Shown here: positions 39,856-50,842 of the stretch, piece after piece
How positions within the stretch are numbered: position 1 is the stretch's first letter
Layout: every line of letters begins with the position of its first letter
Origin: Acaryochloridaceae cyanobacterium VAR_48_metabat_390
GTDB lineage: Bacteria > Cyanobacteriota > Cyanobacteriia > Thermosynechococcales > Thermosynechococcaceae
Length of the DNA stretch: 64,000 bases
NCBI GenBank assembly: GCA_031422435.1
Contig: JANPLU010000112.1
Coordinates: forward strand, 32,001-96,000
Direction: 5' to 3'
Notes under the pieces: generated by a model
The model's input: only the letters and a program-made list of their open reading frames with translations
The model's database searches: none
What the model was told of the DNA's origin: nothing
Position numbers and translations under genes: made by a program

Positions 39856-41085
39856 CTAAGATGCTGTTTGAAGCTGCCGATTTAGAAATTTAAGAATAAT
39901 TAGGCCAAGAGGAATGCTGCCCATTAACATCAACCAGTAGCCATTGGCTAAATCTTGGGGCTGATCCATTGCAGCACCGCCCAATGCTGGACCCACCAAA
40001 AAGCCAATCGCCCAACATTGAGAATTAAGTGAGAGATAGACCCCCCGTAAAGATTCCGGTGCCAAAGCAACCACTAGTGCAGAGGCAATAGGAGTGTAGC
40101 TCGCCATTGCGATCGCCATAATCCCCAGCGCCAACACCGCCCAAAGCAGACTACCGTCTGGTGCAACGCCACACACCCAAATCAGCCCAAAGCCAAAGCC
40201 CCAAAAGACTGTTGAAATCATAAGTCCTTGGGCATAGGAGAACGGCTTTAACCAGCGCGCAATGGGGAGCTGAAGCAAAATGGCTAACCCTAAGTGCCAT
40301 GCAAATAAAGTACTGATGGTTAATTCACTAAACCCTAGCCCCTGACGGGCAAAGTTTTTGAAGTACAAAGGCAGGGTGCTATTAATTTGAGCGAGGTAGG
40401 TAGTAATTAAAATATTGACGGCAATGTAGGTTAAAAATCGGCGATCGCCCAAAGCAATCTTCCAGCCTTTGAGTCCACTGTGCTGCTGTAGGTTGGGCTG
40501 AACCGTCTCGGTAATAAAAATGTAGAGAATGCCAAAAAAGATAAGAAAAGAGAGGCCATCAGCAATGAGTAGGGCGCGATAGGCCTGTACCAAGGTAATT
40601 AAAATACCGCCTAAAACAACTCCTAAACCCAGCCCAATGCTGTCTGCAAGTCGCGTAATGGCGTAGGCTTCGCTGCGCTGTTCTAGGGGGCTAAGGTCTG
40701 CAACCATCGCTTCGGTGGCAGGCCAATATAGCCCTACCCCAAAGCCCATGAGCAGGTTGCCCAACACCAACGCAGTCAGGTCATTGGCAAACGCGAGGGC
40801 AAAGGAACCTAATGCCGATACAATCATGGCGATCAGCAAAATGCGCCGCCGCCCCCAGGCTGGCGAATCGCTGAGGGAGCCACCCCAAAAGCGACCTAAC
40901 ATGCCTGAAATAGACGCGCTGCCTAGAGCCGCCCCTACCACAGTGGCAGATAGCCCCACCTCATTAACAAAGAAAATGGGTAGATAAAATAGCGTAAATC
41001 CTGTCCCGATCTGCGAGAGCAGTCGCCCCGCCGCTAAAATCCAGATTGTGCGGTTGAGGTTAGGGAGCCAGCGCAGCCAGTTCAA
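39856..41085 (-). CDS. MFS transporter
   Basis: About 12 TM helices; GSLSDSPAWGRR motif A variant. Confidence 0.9.
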   Translation of the reverse strand: MNWLRWLPNLNRTIWILAAGRLLSQIGTGFTLFYLPIFFVNEVGLSATVVGAALGSASISGMLGRFWGGSLSDSPAWGRRRILLIAMIVSALGSFALAFANDLTALVLGNLLMGFGVGLYWPATEAMVADLSPLEQRSEAYAITRLADSIGLGLGVVLGGILITLVQAYRALLIADGLSFLIFFGILYIFITETVQPNLQQHSGLKGWKIALGDRRFLTYIAVNILITTYLAQINSTLPLYFKNFARQGLGFSELTISTLFAWHLGLAILLQLPIARWLKPFSYAQGLMISTVFWGFGFGLIWVCGVAPDGSLLWAVLALGIMAIAMASYTPIASALVVALAPESLRGVYLSLNSQCWAIGFLVGPALGGAAMDQPQDLANGYWLMLMGSIPLGLIILKFLNRQLQTAS

Positions 41086-41158
41086 AAGATATTTCTCCTA
41101 AAAGGTGTAAAAGGTCACTGTTTCGCTACGCTAATGTTTAGATCTTTAGGACTGTGCC

Positions 41159-41926
41159 ATGCGATCGCTGCTCGTTACCGATCTCGACAATACGTTAGTG
41201 GGAGATCTAGCGGCATTAAATCTACTCAATAACCGATTTATTGAGGCTAGACAACGGCAGGGGATTTTATTAGTCTACTCAACGGGGCGATCGCTCACAT
41301 CCTATCGTCACCTTTGCTCCACTGTTCCCCTTTTGCCGCCGGATATGCTGATCACGGCTGTAGGGACAGAAATTTATGAAGGGAATGGTGCCCACCTCAA
41401 TTCCCAATGGTCTAGTCACTTAATACAAAGCTGGGATCGAACCCTTGTCCAAGAGATTGCGGGTCAATTTATGTCCCTTGAACCCCAGCCCGACCAAGAA
41501 CAGCGACCATTTAAGGTGAGCTACTTTTTAGATGCGGTGATCGCCGCTACAGTCATCGCTGAACTCTCTGCCGCACTGCGATCGCAGGGTTTAGACTGTC
41601 AGCTCATCTACAGCGGCGGTAAGGATCTAGACATCTTGCCCCAGAATGCAGATAAAGGTAAAGCGACGCAGTTTGTGCAGACTCTGTTTGAAATTGGCGA
41701 CGCGCATACCGTTGCTTGCGGAGACTCCGGTAATGACATTGCGCTCTTTGGACAAAACCGAGGCATTATTGTAGGCAATGCCCAGCCTGAACTGCTAAGT
41801 TGGCACCATCAAAACCCCGCGCCTCATCGCTACTTAGCTACAGCGCATTTTGCCGCTGGCATTTTGGAGGGGTTAGTGCATTTTGAGATGTTGGCTAGAT
41901 TGGGATCAAAATCAGATAGTGCATAG
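41159..41926 (+). CDS. spp: Sucrose-phosphate phosphatase (HAD IIB)
   Basis: TDLDNTLVG, STGRS, KG and GDSGND motifs. Confidence 0.85.
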   Translation: MRSLLVTDLDNTLVGDLAALNLLNNRFIEARQRQGILLVYSTGRSLTSYRHLCSTVPLLPPDMLITAVGTEIYEGNGAHLNSQWSSHLIQSWDRTLVQEIAGQFMSLEPQPDQEQRPFKVSYFLDAVIAATVIAELSAALRSQGLDCQLIYSGGKDLDILPQNADKGKATQFVQTLFEIGDAHTVACGDSGNDIALFGQNRGIIVGNAQPELLSWHHQNPAPHRYLATAHFAAGILEGLVHFEMLARLGSKSDSA

Positions 41927-41991
41927 AAACCCCAGCCCTCGACTGGCAGGTTTTACAGAACGGCGCAAGCTTCAGCAGATTCACCACAGCA

Positions 41992-43400
41992 CTAATTGAC
42001 CCCATTGGTACTATTTTGGCAGTCGTAGTTTTAAACATTGTGGTGCGGGGCAACGCCGATCTCGTCATGGTCATCAGCGGATTGGCCTCCCGCCTGGGGC
42101 TAGGCGGCTTAATTGGTATCAGCGGCGGCTGGCTGCTCAGTTTTGTCCTTAAGCAAGCCCGATCTTTGTCCGAAGATCTTAAAAACCTCACCGTCTTGGC
42201 AACCCTCTGGGGATTTTTTGGATTATCCCAGGCGCTTATCAGTGAATCTGGCTTAATGACTGCTGTCGCAATGGGCCTCATGGTGCGCTCAGCCGCACTC
42301 CCCGAAGAACGGCTGCTGCGGCGGTTTAAGAATCAGCTCAGCGTGCTTGCCGTCTCAGTGCTGTTTATTTTGCTGTCTGCGGACTTATCCATTGCTGGGG
42401 TTTTTGCCTTAGGGTGGCCTGGGCTATTGGCGGTCTTGGCTTAAGACTTATTGTGCGACTCCTCAATGTACTGGCCTCGACTTGGAATAGCGACTTAAAT
42501 TGGCGACAGAAGACGTTTTTGGCCTGGGTTGCCCCGCGCGGCATTGTGGCGGCATCGGTTGCGTCACTGTTTTCGATCGCCCTCACTAAGGCAGGTATTA
42601 ATGGGGGTGACTCTATTAAAGCCCTGGTGTTTTTGACCATTAATTTTGACCGTGTTTTTACAGGGCTTAACGGCACGATGGGTTGCAGGTTGGCTTAAGG
42701 TACAGGCCACCGAAGCAACAGGAGCCATGATTGTGGGCTGCAATCCCTTAGGGCGAATGGTGGCGCACCTGATTCAAGATCGCGGTGAGTCTGTGATCAT
42801 GATTGATGCAAACCCTGACTACTGCGCCCAAGCGCAAGCCGCGAACCTTTCGGCACTTCTCACCAGCGCATTGGATATGACGGCGCTCAGTGAAGCAGGG
42901 GTTGCACAAGTTGGCTCATTTCTGACGGTCACAAGCAACCCAGAAGTTAATGCTGTGTTAGCGCAGCGTATCTTAGAAGAATTTCGTCCCCCACGGGTTT
43001 TGGCAGCATTACTTGAGCGCCTATTGATTCACCCCTTACAGTACCCACTGAAAAGATTGCCTTTACAGCGGTGATGCAGGCGTTTTCACTGCAAGTCTCT
43101 GTAAAAGATTGGAATCAGTATATTACGGTGAAGGAGGTCAAAGTAGGCGAAGCGCTACTAGATGAAGACCCTGATCAATTTCAGCGGCAGTGTGTGCATT
43201 TGGTTGCACTCTCTAAAATCGACAAGCTCATCCCCGTCCTTGTGATTCGCCAAGATCATTTACGCTTTGTCAAGGCGGATGAAGCATGGCAGCCAAACGA
43301 TCGGATTGTTTATCTTCTCCACATGCCAAAAGCGCTCGTCTTCTCTCGTGAGCCGTTCTCTTTGATGCCGGAGATAGTTCCTTTTGGTAAAAATGCCTGA
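41992..43400 (+). pseudogene. CPA1 Na+/H+ antiporter with TrkA-N domain, truncated and frameshifted
   Basis: LIDPIG, APRGIVAASVASLF and IVGCNPLG lie in four frame segments; N-terminal TM helices missing. Confidence 0.85.
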
Positions 43401-43461
43401 CTCCCAAACTGTGTTGGGGTTAAAGCAATTACCTTCTAGAGCTATCGTGTAAAAAGTCTAA

Positions 43462-43489
43462 AAAAATCCCCTCCTCAGAGGGGATTTAT
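43462..43489. terminator. Bidirectional terminator-like hairpin
   Basis: AAATCCCCTC-ctca-GAGGGGATTT between convergent genes. Confidence 0.65.
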
Positions 43490-43557
43490 GAATCAGCTTA
43501 TGGCAAAAACCTTTACAGAAAGGAAACTTTAAGATTTACGTCTATACGCAACCTCGC

Positions 43558-44445
43558 TTAAAGCTCTGCAACAGCACGTTCAATTAACCGTCTTGCAAGG
43601 GTTTGGGTGCCAGTATGGGTGTAGTAGTTTGTGGTCATATCTAGAAATGCGCCCAAATAATCGAGCTTATCTTTAGAAACTTCCACAAACTTTGTCAGAT
43701 TATCAACCACACTTTCGGGCGTTAATCCACGAGAATCTACAAAGTTGGTCATCCACCCTTTCACGGAATCAACGCTGCTGGTGATAAACGAAAGCTGTCC
43801 GGCAGAATCTCCCCCCGGAATCAGCTTCCGCACTCCCTTAAACGTGCTGTTGTCCTCTAATTCTTTAGGCGACATCGTTTGGAGCGAAGAGAGTCCCTTC
43901 AGGGCAAAGTCTGGCCCCAGCGGAATTAACCCATCAAAGCAAACCAGCGCCGCCATCCGCATCAGAGATTCGCCGCCGTAGTCACCCAGCGCTGCCAAGA
44001 AGTCACCAATGCTGTCGCCAGGGATGCCGTTGATTTGGCAGAAGGCCACCAGTTCAACCACCAGTTTGACCGAAAAGTCGATGCTTTGAGCTTTTTCGGG
44101 CTTGGGCGTAAGATTTTTCAAGAATCCCAGAAAGGAGATATCTTGACCTACTTTATTTGCCATTGCCGCCGCGCCTAGGGCACCGGAGGCGCTGTCGACC
44201 GTTTGGTAAAGCCATAAAGCATTTTGGTAGCCCTGAGATTTGTCGTTAAAGAGTGCGACAGCCCGTTCGCCAATGGCCTGAACCATGGCAGGGTCAGACT
44301 CACCCGTGACGGCAGTAATGGTGTTGTTGAAGCCGATGAGGTTGTTCCACTCACCAGGAACCACAAAGTCAAGCGATCGCAGCGCCATGACCGTCACTCC
44401 ACGATTGGGGAGTTCATCAACTAGTTCGTAAATGGGCTTACTCAT
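43558..44445 (-). CDS. Conserved hypothetical protein
   Basis: 295 aa helical ORF with host-like composition and a GGAG RBS. Confidence 0.8.
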   Translation of the reverse strand: MSKPIYELVDELPNRGVTVMALRSLDFVVPGEWNNLIGFNNTITAVTGESDPAMVQAIGERAVALFNDKSQGYQNALWLYQTVDSASGALGAAAMANKVGQDISFLGFLKNLTPKPEKAQSIDFSVKLVVELVAFCQINGIPGDSIGDFLAALGDYGGESLMRMAALVCFDGLIPLGPDFALKGLSSLQTMSPKELEDNSTFKGVRKLIPGGDSAGQLSFITSSVDSVKGWMTNFVDSRGLTPESVVDNLTKFVEVSKDKLDYLGAFLDMTTNYYTHTGTQTLARRLIERAVAEL

Positions 44446-44471
44446 AAGAACTCCAGAAGTTTTTTACGGAA

Positions 44472-44990
44472 TTAACGCAGCTTTGAAAGCCCGTTGAGGT
44501 CGAATTTTTTAAGCCATGCTTGACGTTCAGCTCTGGTAAAAGATGGATCACGCGACAGTACCTTAACCTGATAGCGATCGCCCACCAAAACCCCCGTTTG
44601 AGTGGTGCCAATCTCTAACGCCGGAAACCCTGAAATATCGGTCGTGCTGCTGGCATATTTTTGGGCGGCGCTGGGTAAGCTCTTGGTATCAGAGATAGAA
44701 AGCATGGCGACATTTTTGCCATCTTTATTGAGCTTGGCCTCGGCAAACCCCTTTTTCTCTTGAGCATAGACCCGCTCATACCCATTCGCTGGTTTGGGAA
44801 AATACTGATTAAACTGACTCCCTTGAGTTGCCGTTTTAGCAATGGCCTTGGGTGCCCCCCGCTGGGTGGTCTCTTGCTGAACTTGGGCGTAGGGAGAAGG
44901 AGGCTGACTCGCGCAGCCTGTACTGAAAAACACTAGACCACAGAGGCAGATAGATAGTGCAATGCTGCCCCAGCGTTTCATGACGGGCAT
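44472..44990 (-). CDS. Hypothetical lipoprotein
   Basis: Signal peptide ending STGC; GAGGAG RBS. Confidence 0.8.
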   Translation of the reverse strand: MPVMKRWGSIALSICLCGLVFFSTGCASQPPSPYAQVQQETTQRGAPKAIAKTATQGSQFNQYFPKPANGYERVYAQEKKGFAEAKLNKDGKNVAMLSISDTKSLPSAAQKYASSTTDISGFPALEIGTTQTGVLVGDRYQVKVLSRDPSFTRAERQAWLKKFDLNGLSKLR

Positions 44991-45386
44991 AATAATCTCC
45001 TCAATTGGTGACTCAGAAAAAACGTCGCTATTTTGTAATGTACGATGTGCTTGGCAAGTTTTTGGGGTGAGATGCAGTTTATTTTATGTTTATTCATCTA
45101 GCGTTTAACCTAAAGAAATAGAGCAATTCTGCATCTAAACCTGCTTTTTAGATCAATTTAGCCTTGTCTGTCGCTAAATGATAGTAGACGAGTAAAACCT
45201 GCAATTTTTTAGTATGGCACTCGTGATAGAAAATCGGTTCTGCCTTTTGGATGAGTTTAGTGGTTCGCTGCGTGGAGTATCGAACCGCGTTGGTGAGACA
45301 GTAGATACTGGGGCATTGTGATCGCAATCCCATAAATGCATCACCCTTATGGGCATCCTACTTAAACATCAAGTCTTTGCTGCACC

Positions 45387-46223
45387 ATGAGGGGTGTCTT
45401 AATGCCAAACGCTAAAGGTCAGATTCGCTTTCTAGCCCCCCGTTCGCTTCATCCGCTCCGTCCTGAGAAACCCCTGTTTGTCTTTTTGCCAGGGATGGAC
45501 GGTACAGGCCAGCTTTTTTATACCCAAACCGCAAAACTAGAGACGGGGTTTGACATTCGATGTCTGGCGATTCCGCCCGATGATTTAATGTGCTGGGATG
45601 AATTAACTGAGAAGGTGGTGACCTTGGTTGAAGGAGAACGCGCCCAGCGCTCAGCTGACCAGCCAATTTACCTTTGCGGCGAATCTTTTGGGGGCTGTCT
45701 GGCTTTAAAAATGGCGGTTTACGCCCCCCATCTATTTAGCCACGTTGTGCTGATAAATCCCGCCTTTTCCTTTTATCATCAGCCTTTAATGCGATGGGGA
45801 GGCCAGTTAATTCGTTGGTTTCCAGACTTTCTTTATGCGTCTTCGGCGGTGGGGTTATTGCCCTCCCTGGCAGCGTTGGAGCGAATTTTGCCAGATGACC
45901 GCAGAGCGTTGCTTAAGGCAATGAAAACCGTGCCGAAGGAAACTTCGCTGTGGCGGATGGCGCTACTACGGTCTTTTGAGCTGGACGCTTTACCCCTCAA
46001 TAAAATTCAGCAGCCCGTTTTGATTATTGCAAGTGGGAGCGATCGCCTGTTACCCTCGGTTTCAGATGCCCAACAGCTAAGCAGCCTGTTGCCCAATGCC
46101 AAGCGTCATATCTTGCCCAAAAGTGGTCATGCGTGCCTGCTAGAAAAAGATGTTGATCTCTATCAGATCTTTAAAGGCCAAAATTTTCTAGTGCAGCCGC
46201 ACATCCAGGGCTGTATTGCTTAA
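45387..46223 (+). CDS. Alpha/beta hydrolase
   Basis: LPGMDG, GESFGG nucleophile elbow and SGH. Confidence 0.88.
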   Translation: MRGVLMPNAKGQIRFLAPRSLHPLRPEKPLFVFLPGMDGTGQLFYTQTAKLETGFDIRCLAIPPDDLMCWDELTEKVVTLVEGERAQRSADQPIYLCGESFGGCLALKMAVYAPHLFSHVVLINPAFSFYHQPLMRWGGQLIRWFPDFLYASSAVGLLPSLAALERILPDDRRALLKAMKTVPKETSLWRMALLRSFELDALPLNKIQQPVLIIASGSDRLLPSVSDAQQLSSLLPNAKRHILPKSGHACLLEKDVDLYQIFKGQNFLVQPHIQGCIA

Positions 46224-46234
46224 GCTGCCCTGGG

Positions 46235-46684
46235 CTACCACTTTTTGTAAGCTAAAAACTTTCCATTCATGATTACTTTGACGCGATCGCCTTTGGGGTC
46301 GGCTTCTTTTTCAATATCTAGCGTAAAGTCAATGGCACTCATAATCCCGTCCCCAAACTTTTCCTGAATAATGTCCTTCATGGGCATCCCATAAATTTGC
46401 ATAATTTCATAGAAGCGGTAGATGAGTGGGTCAGTAGGCACAACGGGACCTAGCCCCTTAACCGGAGGCGCGGTTAATTCGGGTACTAGCGCCTCGCTGA
46501 GTCCCAAGGTAGACAGCAGTTGACTGGCCTCTTCTGCGGAAGCACTTGCCTGTCGATAAAATACAGCAGCAATCCAAACTTCGTCTTGACTCATTACCTG
46601 CTCTAAATCTGCAAAGGTTAACCCCTTTGCTTTTTTTGCCTCCAGAAGTTTTACGGTAATGGCTGGAAGTTCAAGATTTGACAT
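46235..46684 (-). CDS. cynS: Cyanate hydratase
   Basis: [11 protein letters not shown] and [13 protein letters not shown] motifs. Confidence 0.96.
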   Translation of the reverse strand: MSNLELPAITVKLLEAKKAKGLTFADLEQVMSQDEVWIAAVFYRQASASAEEASQLLSTLGLSEALVPELTAPPVKGLGPVVPTDPLIYRFYEIMQIYGMPMKDIIQEKFGDGIMSAIDFTLDIEKEADPKGDRVKVIMNGKFLAYKKW

Positions 46685-47025
46685 TGTATTCTCCTTGAAA
46701 GGTCAAGTTAGCTCAAAACATCTTTGGGTTAAAGGATGCAGTCTACCCAGCATAAAATATTTTTGTAACGACTCATTAACATCCTGCACAATGGGCAAAT
46801 TCAGCCGTATGCCTAGCGCTTGGGCGAACCATTCGAGTTCATGCTCGCTGAGCGTTCCCCCTCCAAAAGAGTGTTTTGATGAAGGGTGCGCAGTTCTACC
46901 CCGTAACTTGTCAGAGAAGGCTAAAGCTAAAAAGTAATATTTGGCGATACTGCTACAGTGCGCGCCTATGATTGTGATTGAGGATGAAACGTCAAGATCA
47001 GCCATCAATTAAACAATAAATATAC

Positions 47026-47445
47026 ATGGTTGCAGTGACAGGGTTCTGGATTGCGTTGGGCCTAGCACTGTGTGTGCTAGAGCTAATTTTCCCTACCGCT
47101 TTTGTTGAAATGGTGATGGGGCTAAGTGCCCTTGCGACAGGATTTGTCTCGCTGCTGATTCCTAATCTGTTGAGCTGGCAGATTGCCCTTTGGATGGGGC
47201 TGTCTTTGGTGAGTATTTTTGTGGTGCGCCGCTTTATGCCTCATAAGGTGCCCAGAATTCTGCAAGATTCTCAGGAGGCTACCACCTTAACGGCGATCGC
47301 CCCTGGAGAGAAAGGAAGAGTGCTGTATGAAGGTAGCCCTTGGGCGGCAACCTGTGCAGACCCGACCGTAGAAATTGCGCCGAACATCAAGGTCATGGTG
47401 GTAGGTCGTGAAGGGACAACGCTGGTGGTAATGCCGGAGTGGTGA
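47026..47445 (+). CDS. NfeD family membrane protein
   Basis: N-terminal TM helices plus [14 protein letters not shown]-fold; precedes an SPFH gene. Confidence 0.88.
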   Translation: MVAVTGFWIALGLALCVLELIFPTAFVEMVMGLSALATGFVSLLIPNLLSWQIALWMGLSLVSIFVVRRFMPHKVPRILQDSQEATTLTAIAPGEKGRVLYEGSPWAATCADPTVEIAPNIKVMVVGREGTTLVVMPEW

Positions 47446-47471
47446 AGTGTTTACATCGAGGAGAAACGGGT

Positions 47472-48425
47472 ATGGGACAGTTTTTGCTGCTGCTGATTTT
47501 GGGGCTAAGCGGTGCAGGGTTAGCCTCTTCTGTGCGGATTGTGAATCAAGGAAATTCTGCGCTGGTGGAGCGGGTGGGCAGCTTTAAGAAGCGTTTGGAT
47601 CCGGGCTTAAATGTGATTGTGCCAGGGTTAGACCGCATCGTCTTTCAAGACACGCTGCGGCTGAAGGTGCTGGATATTGCGCCCCAGTCCTGCATTACAG
47701 CAGATAACGTCAGCATTACGGTAGATGCGGTGGTCTACTGGCAAATCATTGATATGGAACGGGCGTACTACAAGGTTCAAAACCTAGAGTTTGCGATGGT
47801 GAACTTAGTGCAAACCCAAATTCGCGGCGAAATTGGTAAGCTTCAGCTTGATCAAACCTTTACCGCTCGCAGCCAGATTAGCGACATTTTGCTAGAAGAA
47901 TTGGACACTGCTACTGACCCGTGGGGCGTAAAGGTGACGCGGGTAGAAATTCGAGACATTACGCCCTCTAAAGCCGTCCAAGACTCAATGGAGCTGCAAA
48001 TGTCTGCCGAGCGGCGCAAGCGAGCCTCTATTTTGACCTCAGAGGGTGATCGCGAGGCGGCAGTAAACTCAGCGCGGGGCAATGCAGATGCTCAGGTCTT
48101 AGCCGCAGAAGCCAAAAAGCAGGCGGTGATTTTAGATGCGGAGGCGCAGCAGCAGTCTGTATTGCTACGGGCAGAAGCCGATCGACAGTCGCGGTTATTG
48201 CGTGCCCAGGCGATCGCCGAGTCGATGCAGCTTTTAAGCAGCACTCTGGAAGCGGATCCGCAAGCCTATGCTGCCCTCCAGTTTTTACTAGCGCAGAATT
48301 ACTTAGACATGGGGACGGCAATCGGGCAGAGCGAGAGCAGCAAGGTGCTGTTTTTAGATCCACGCTCGGTGTTAGGCACCATCGAGGGGATGAAGGAAGT
48401 ATTGGATCAAACGCGACCGTCTTGA
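47472..48425 (+). CDS. SPFH/stomatin (band 7) protein
   Basis: [24 protein letters not shown] and a coiled coil. Confidence 0.92.
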   Translation: MGQFLLLLILGLSGAGLASSVRIVNQGNSALVERVGSFKKRLDPGLNVIVPGLDRIVFQDTLRLKVLDIAPQSCITADNVSITVDAVVYWQIIDMERAYYKVQNLEFAMVNLVQTQIRGEIGKLQLDQTFTARSQISDILLEELDTATDPWGVKVTRVEIRDITPSKAVQDSMELQMSAERRKRASILTSEGDREAAVNSARGNADAQVLAAEAKKQAVILDAEAQQQSVLLRAEADRQSRLLRAQAIAESMQLLSSTLEADPQAYAALQFLLAQNYLDMGTAIGQSESSKVLFLDPRSVLGTIEGMKEVLDQTRPS

Positions 48426-48750
48426 GGGGTGGCGATCGTCTTTGGGCATGATTCATCTGCAAACAGCGCTGAACCCATAAGGGTTATCTAAGCGGGGCGC
48501 TGGGTAAGTGCTTTAGATTATTAACCTTCCGCTGAAAGATCAGCAATCAATCCTAAACTAGATCTGGCGCAAATCGTTTTAGTAACGAGTCAGCCTTGTG
48601 AGAGCAAGGCTTGTTTTACGCCCGTGGGCACTGAGCAATGCATTGCTTATGCCGTGGGCGTTGACAAAGAGGCTGACTCACAACCTGACTGTGCAAGTGC
48701 TGAAAGTCGTGGATTCGCCGAGCTGTGTTTGAGAAGGAGATTTTAAGTTC

Positions 48751-49800
48751 ATGGTTACTATGACCCAAGATGCGCCGTTACTGCTGCGCGCGGCTCGTGG
48801 CGAATCTGTAGACCGCCCACCCGTCTGGATGATGCGCCAAGCAGGGCGCTATATGAAAGCCTACCGAGATCTGCGGGAAAAATATCCGTCTTTTCGAGAG
48901 CGCTCTGAAATTCCTGAAGTTGCGATCGAGGTTTCTCTTCAGCCTTGGCGCGCTTTTGCCCCCGATGGCGTCATCCTGTTTTCAGATATTGTGACCCCCA
49001 TGCCTGGGATGGGCATTGATATGGATATTGCCGAAGGGAAAGGCCCTATTATCCATGAGCCGCTTCGCACTCAGGCACAGATTGATGCTTTGACTCCACT
49101 TAGCCCTGAAGAATCTTTGCCTTTTATCAAAACCATTTTGAAGGCGCTCCGAGCAGAGGTGGGCAATCAGGCTACGGTGCTAGGCTTTGTGGGCGCACCT
49201 TGGACATTGGCAGCCTATGCCGTCGAGGGGAAGGGTTCCAAGACCTATTCTGTCATCAAAGGCATGGCGTTTTCTGACCCAACGCTACTGCATCAGATTT
49301 TGTCTAAGTTTGCCGATGCGATCGCCACCTATGTTGGCTACCAAATTGACTGTGGTGCCCAGGTGGTGCAAATGTTTGACTCTTGGGCAGGGCAGCTTTG
49401 CCCCCAAGATTACGAAACCTTTGCCCTGCCTTATCAAAAGCAGGTGATCCAAAAGGTCAAGCAAACCCATCCCGATACGCCGTTTATTTTGCTCGTCAGC
49501 GGCAGCGCTGGCGTGATGAAGCAAATGGCGGTGTCTGGTGCTGACATGATTAGCGTGGACTGGACGGTAGACATGGCAGAAGCCCGCGCTATTTTAGGTC
49601 CCGATATGGGGGTGCAGGGCAATATGGATCCTGGGGTGCTGTTTGGGTCGAAAGATTTTATCCGTGATCGCATTTATGACACCATCCGCAAAGCTGGCAA
49701 CCATAAGCACATCATGAACCTAGGCCACGGCATTTTGCCCACCACCCCCGAAGAAAATGCGGCATTCTTCTTTGAGACGGTGAAGCAATACCGCTACTAA
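48751..49800 (+). CDS. hemE: Uroporphyrinogen decarboxylase
   Basis: [17 protein letters not shown] and NLGHG motifs. Confidence 0.97.
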   Translation: MVTMTQDAPLLLRAARGESVDRPPVWMMRQAGRYMKAYRDLREKYPSFRERSEIPEVAIEVSLQPWRAFAPDGVILFSDIVTPMPGMGIDMDIAEGKGPIIHEPLRTQAQIDALTPLSPEESLPFIKTILKALRAEVGNQATVLGFVGAPWTLAAYAVEGKGSKTYSVIKGMAFSDPTLLHQILSKFADAIATYVGYQIDCGAQVVQMFDSWAGQLCPQDYETFALPYQKQVIQKVKQTHPDTPFILLVSGSAGVMKQMAVSGADMISVDWTVDMAEARAILGPDMGVQGNMDPGVLFGSKDFIRDRIYDTIRKAGNHKHIMNLGHGILPTTPEENAAFFFETVKQYRY

Positions 49801-49893
49801 GTAGGCAAGTGACGCTTCTAAACTAGATGGATGTCTGCCAGGTCGGGAGACATCCATTTTTTAATTGATCCATTGCAGCAATTAGGAACAGAC

Positions 49894-50832
49894 GTGGCAG
49901 GACGGCGGATTTTAATTACGGGCGCAAGCGGCTGCATTGGGCATTATCTCTGTGAAACCTTTATTGGACACACCGATGATGAGCTGTTCTTGGTGCTTCG
50001 AGAACCCCATAAGCTGAGCGTTCCGGTAAATACTCGTCCTGGTATTCATATTGTGCAGGCTGATCTACGAAACTTAGAACCCCTGCGCGAGTTACTTTCT
50101 ACCATTCATTGTGCGGTGCTGGTCGCTACAGGCTGGGGCGACCCAGACCTAGATATCACCAAAACGCTAGAGCTGATCCAGATGCTCAACCCGCAGGTCT
50201 GCCAACAGGTGGTCTATTTCTCGACTGCCAGTATCTTAGGCAGAGATGAGCAGGTATTGCCAGAGGCCAAAAGTCTCGGTACTGAATACGTCAAGGCTAA
50301 GGCCATCTGTTACGAAAAGCTCATGGCAATGGAGTTAGCTTTTCCGGTATTTACGGTGTTTCCGACGCTGGTGGTAGGGGGTGATCGCCACAAGCCCTAT
50401 TCTCATTTTGCATCGGGTTTACCGGAGGTGCTGAAATGGGCGGCGCTGATTCGGTTTCTCAAGATAGACGGTAGTTTTCACTTTATCCATGCCCAGGATA
50501 TTGCAGCCGTCGTGCTGCAAATTGTGCAGCATCCAGAGTTAGCGCCCTCTCGCAACCTGGTGCTGGGTAATGCGGCAATGACCGCCAATAATTTAATTGA
50601 AACCCTTTGCACCTTTGCCAAAAAGCGCATTTACTTTCAGCTTGACCTAAAGCCTTGGCTTGTGAGTGTGCTAATTCGGTTGTTTAACATTCGCATGGGA
50701 GCCTGGGACTACTTCTGCCTGAGCTATCGCCATTTTCAATATGCTCACCCAATCAGTCCAAAAACATTCAACCAAACAGGCTACTGCCCAACGTTCAAAG
50801 ACGTACTGAGTCAAAATATCCGAGAACCTTAG
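49894..50832 (+). CDS. NAD-dependent epimerase/dehydratase family protein
   Basis: ITGASGCIG and YVKAK; GTG start chosen by RBS. Confidence 0.82.
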   Translation: MAGRRILITGASGCIGHYLCETFIGHTDDELFLVLREPHKLSVPVNTRPGIHIVQADLRNLEPLRELLSTIHCAVLVATGWGDPDLDITKTLELIQMLNPQVCQQVVYFSTASILGRDEQVLPEAKSLGTEYVKAKAICYEKLMAMELAFPVFTVFPTLVVGGDRHKPYSHFASGLPEVLKWAALIRFLKIDGSFHFIHAQDIAAVVLQIVQHPELAPSRNLVLGNAAMTANNLIETLCTFAKKRIYFQLDLKPWLVSVLIRLFNIRMGAWDYFCLSYRHFQYAHPISPKTFNQTGYCPTFKDVLSQNIREP

Positions 50833-50842
50833 AATCGTGAAT

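Noticed and set aside
46703..47008. 101 aa ORF upstream of cynS, and an NtcA box for cynS
   Set aside because: No recognisable family, and I found no exact GTA-N8-TAC in the interval
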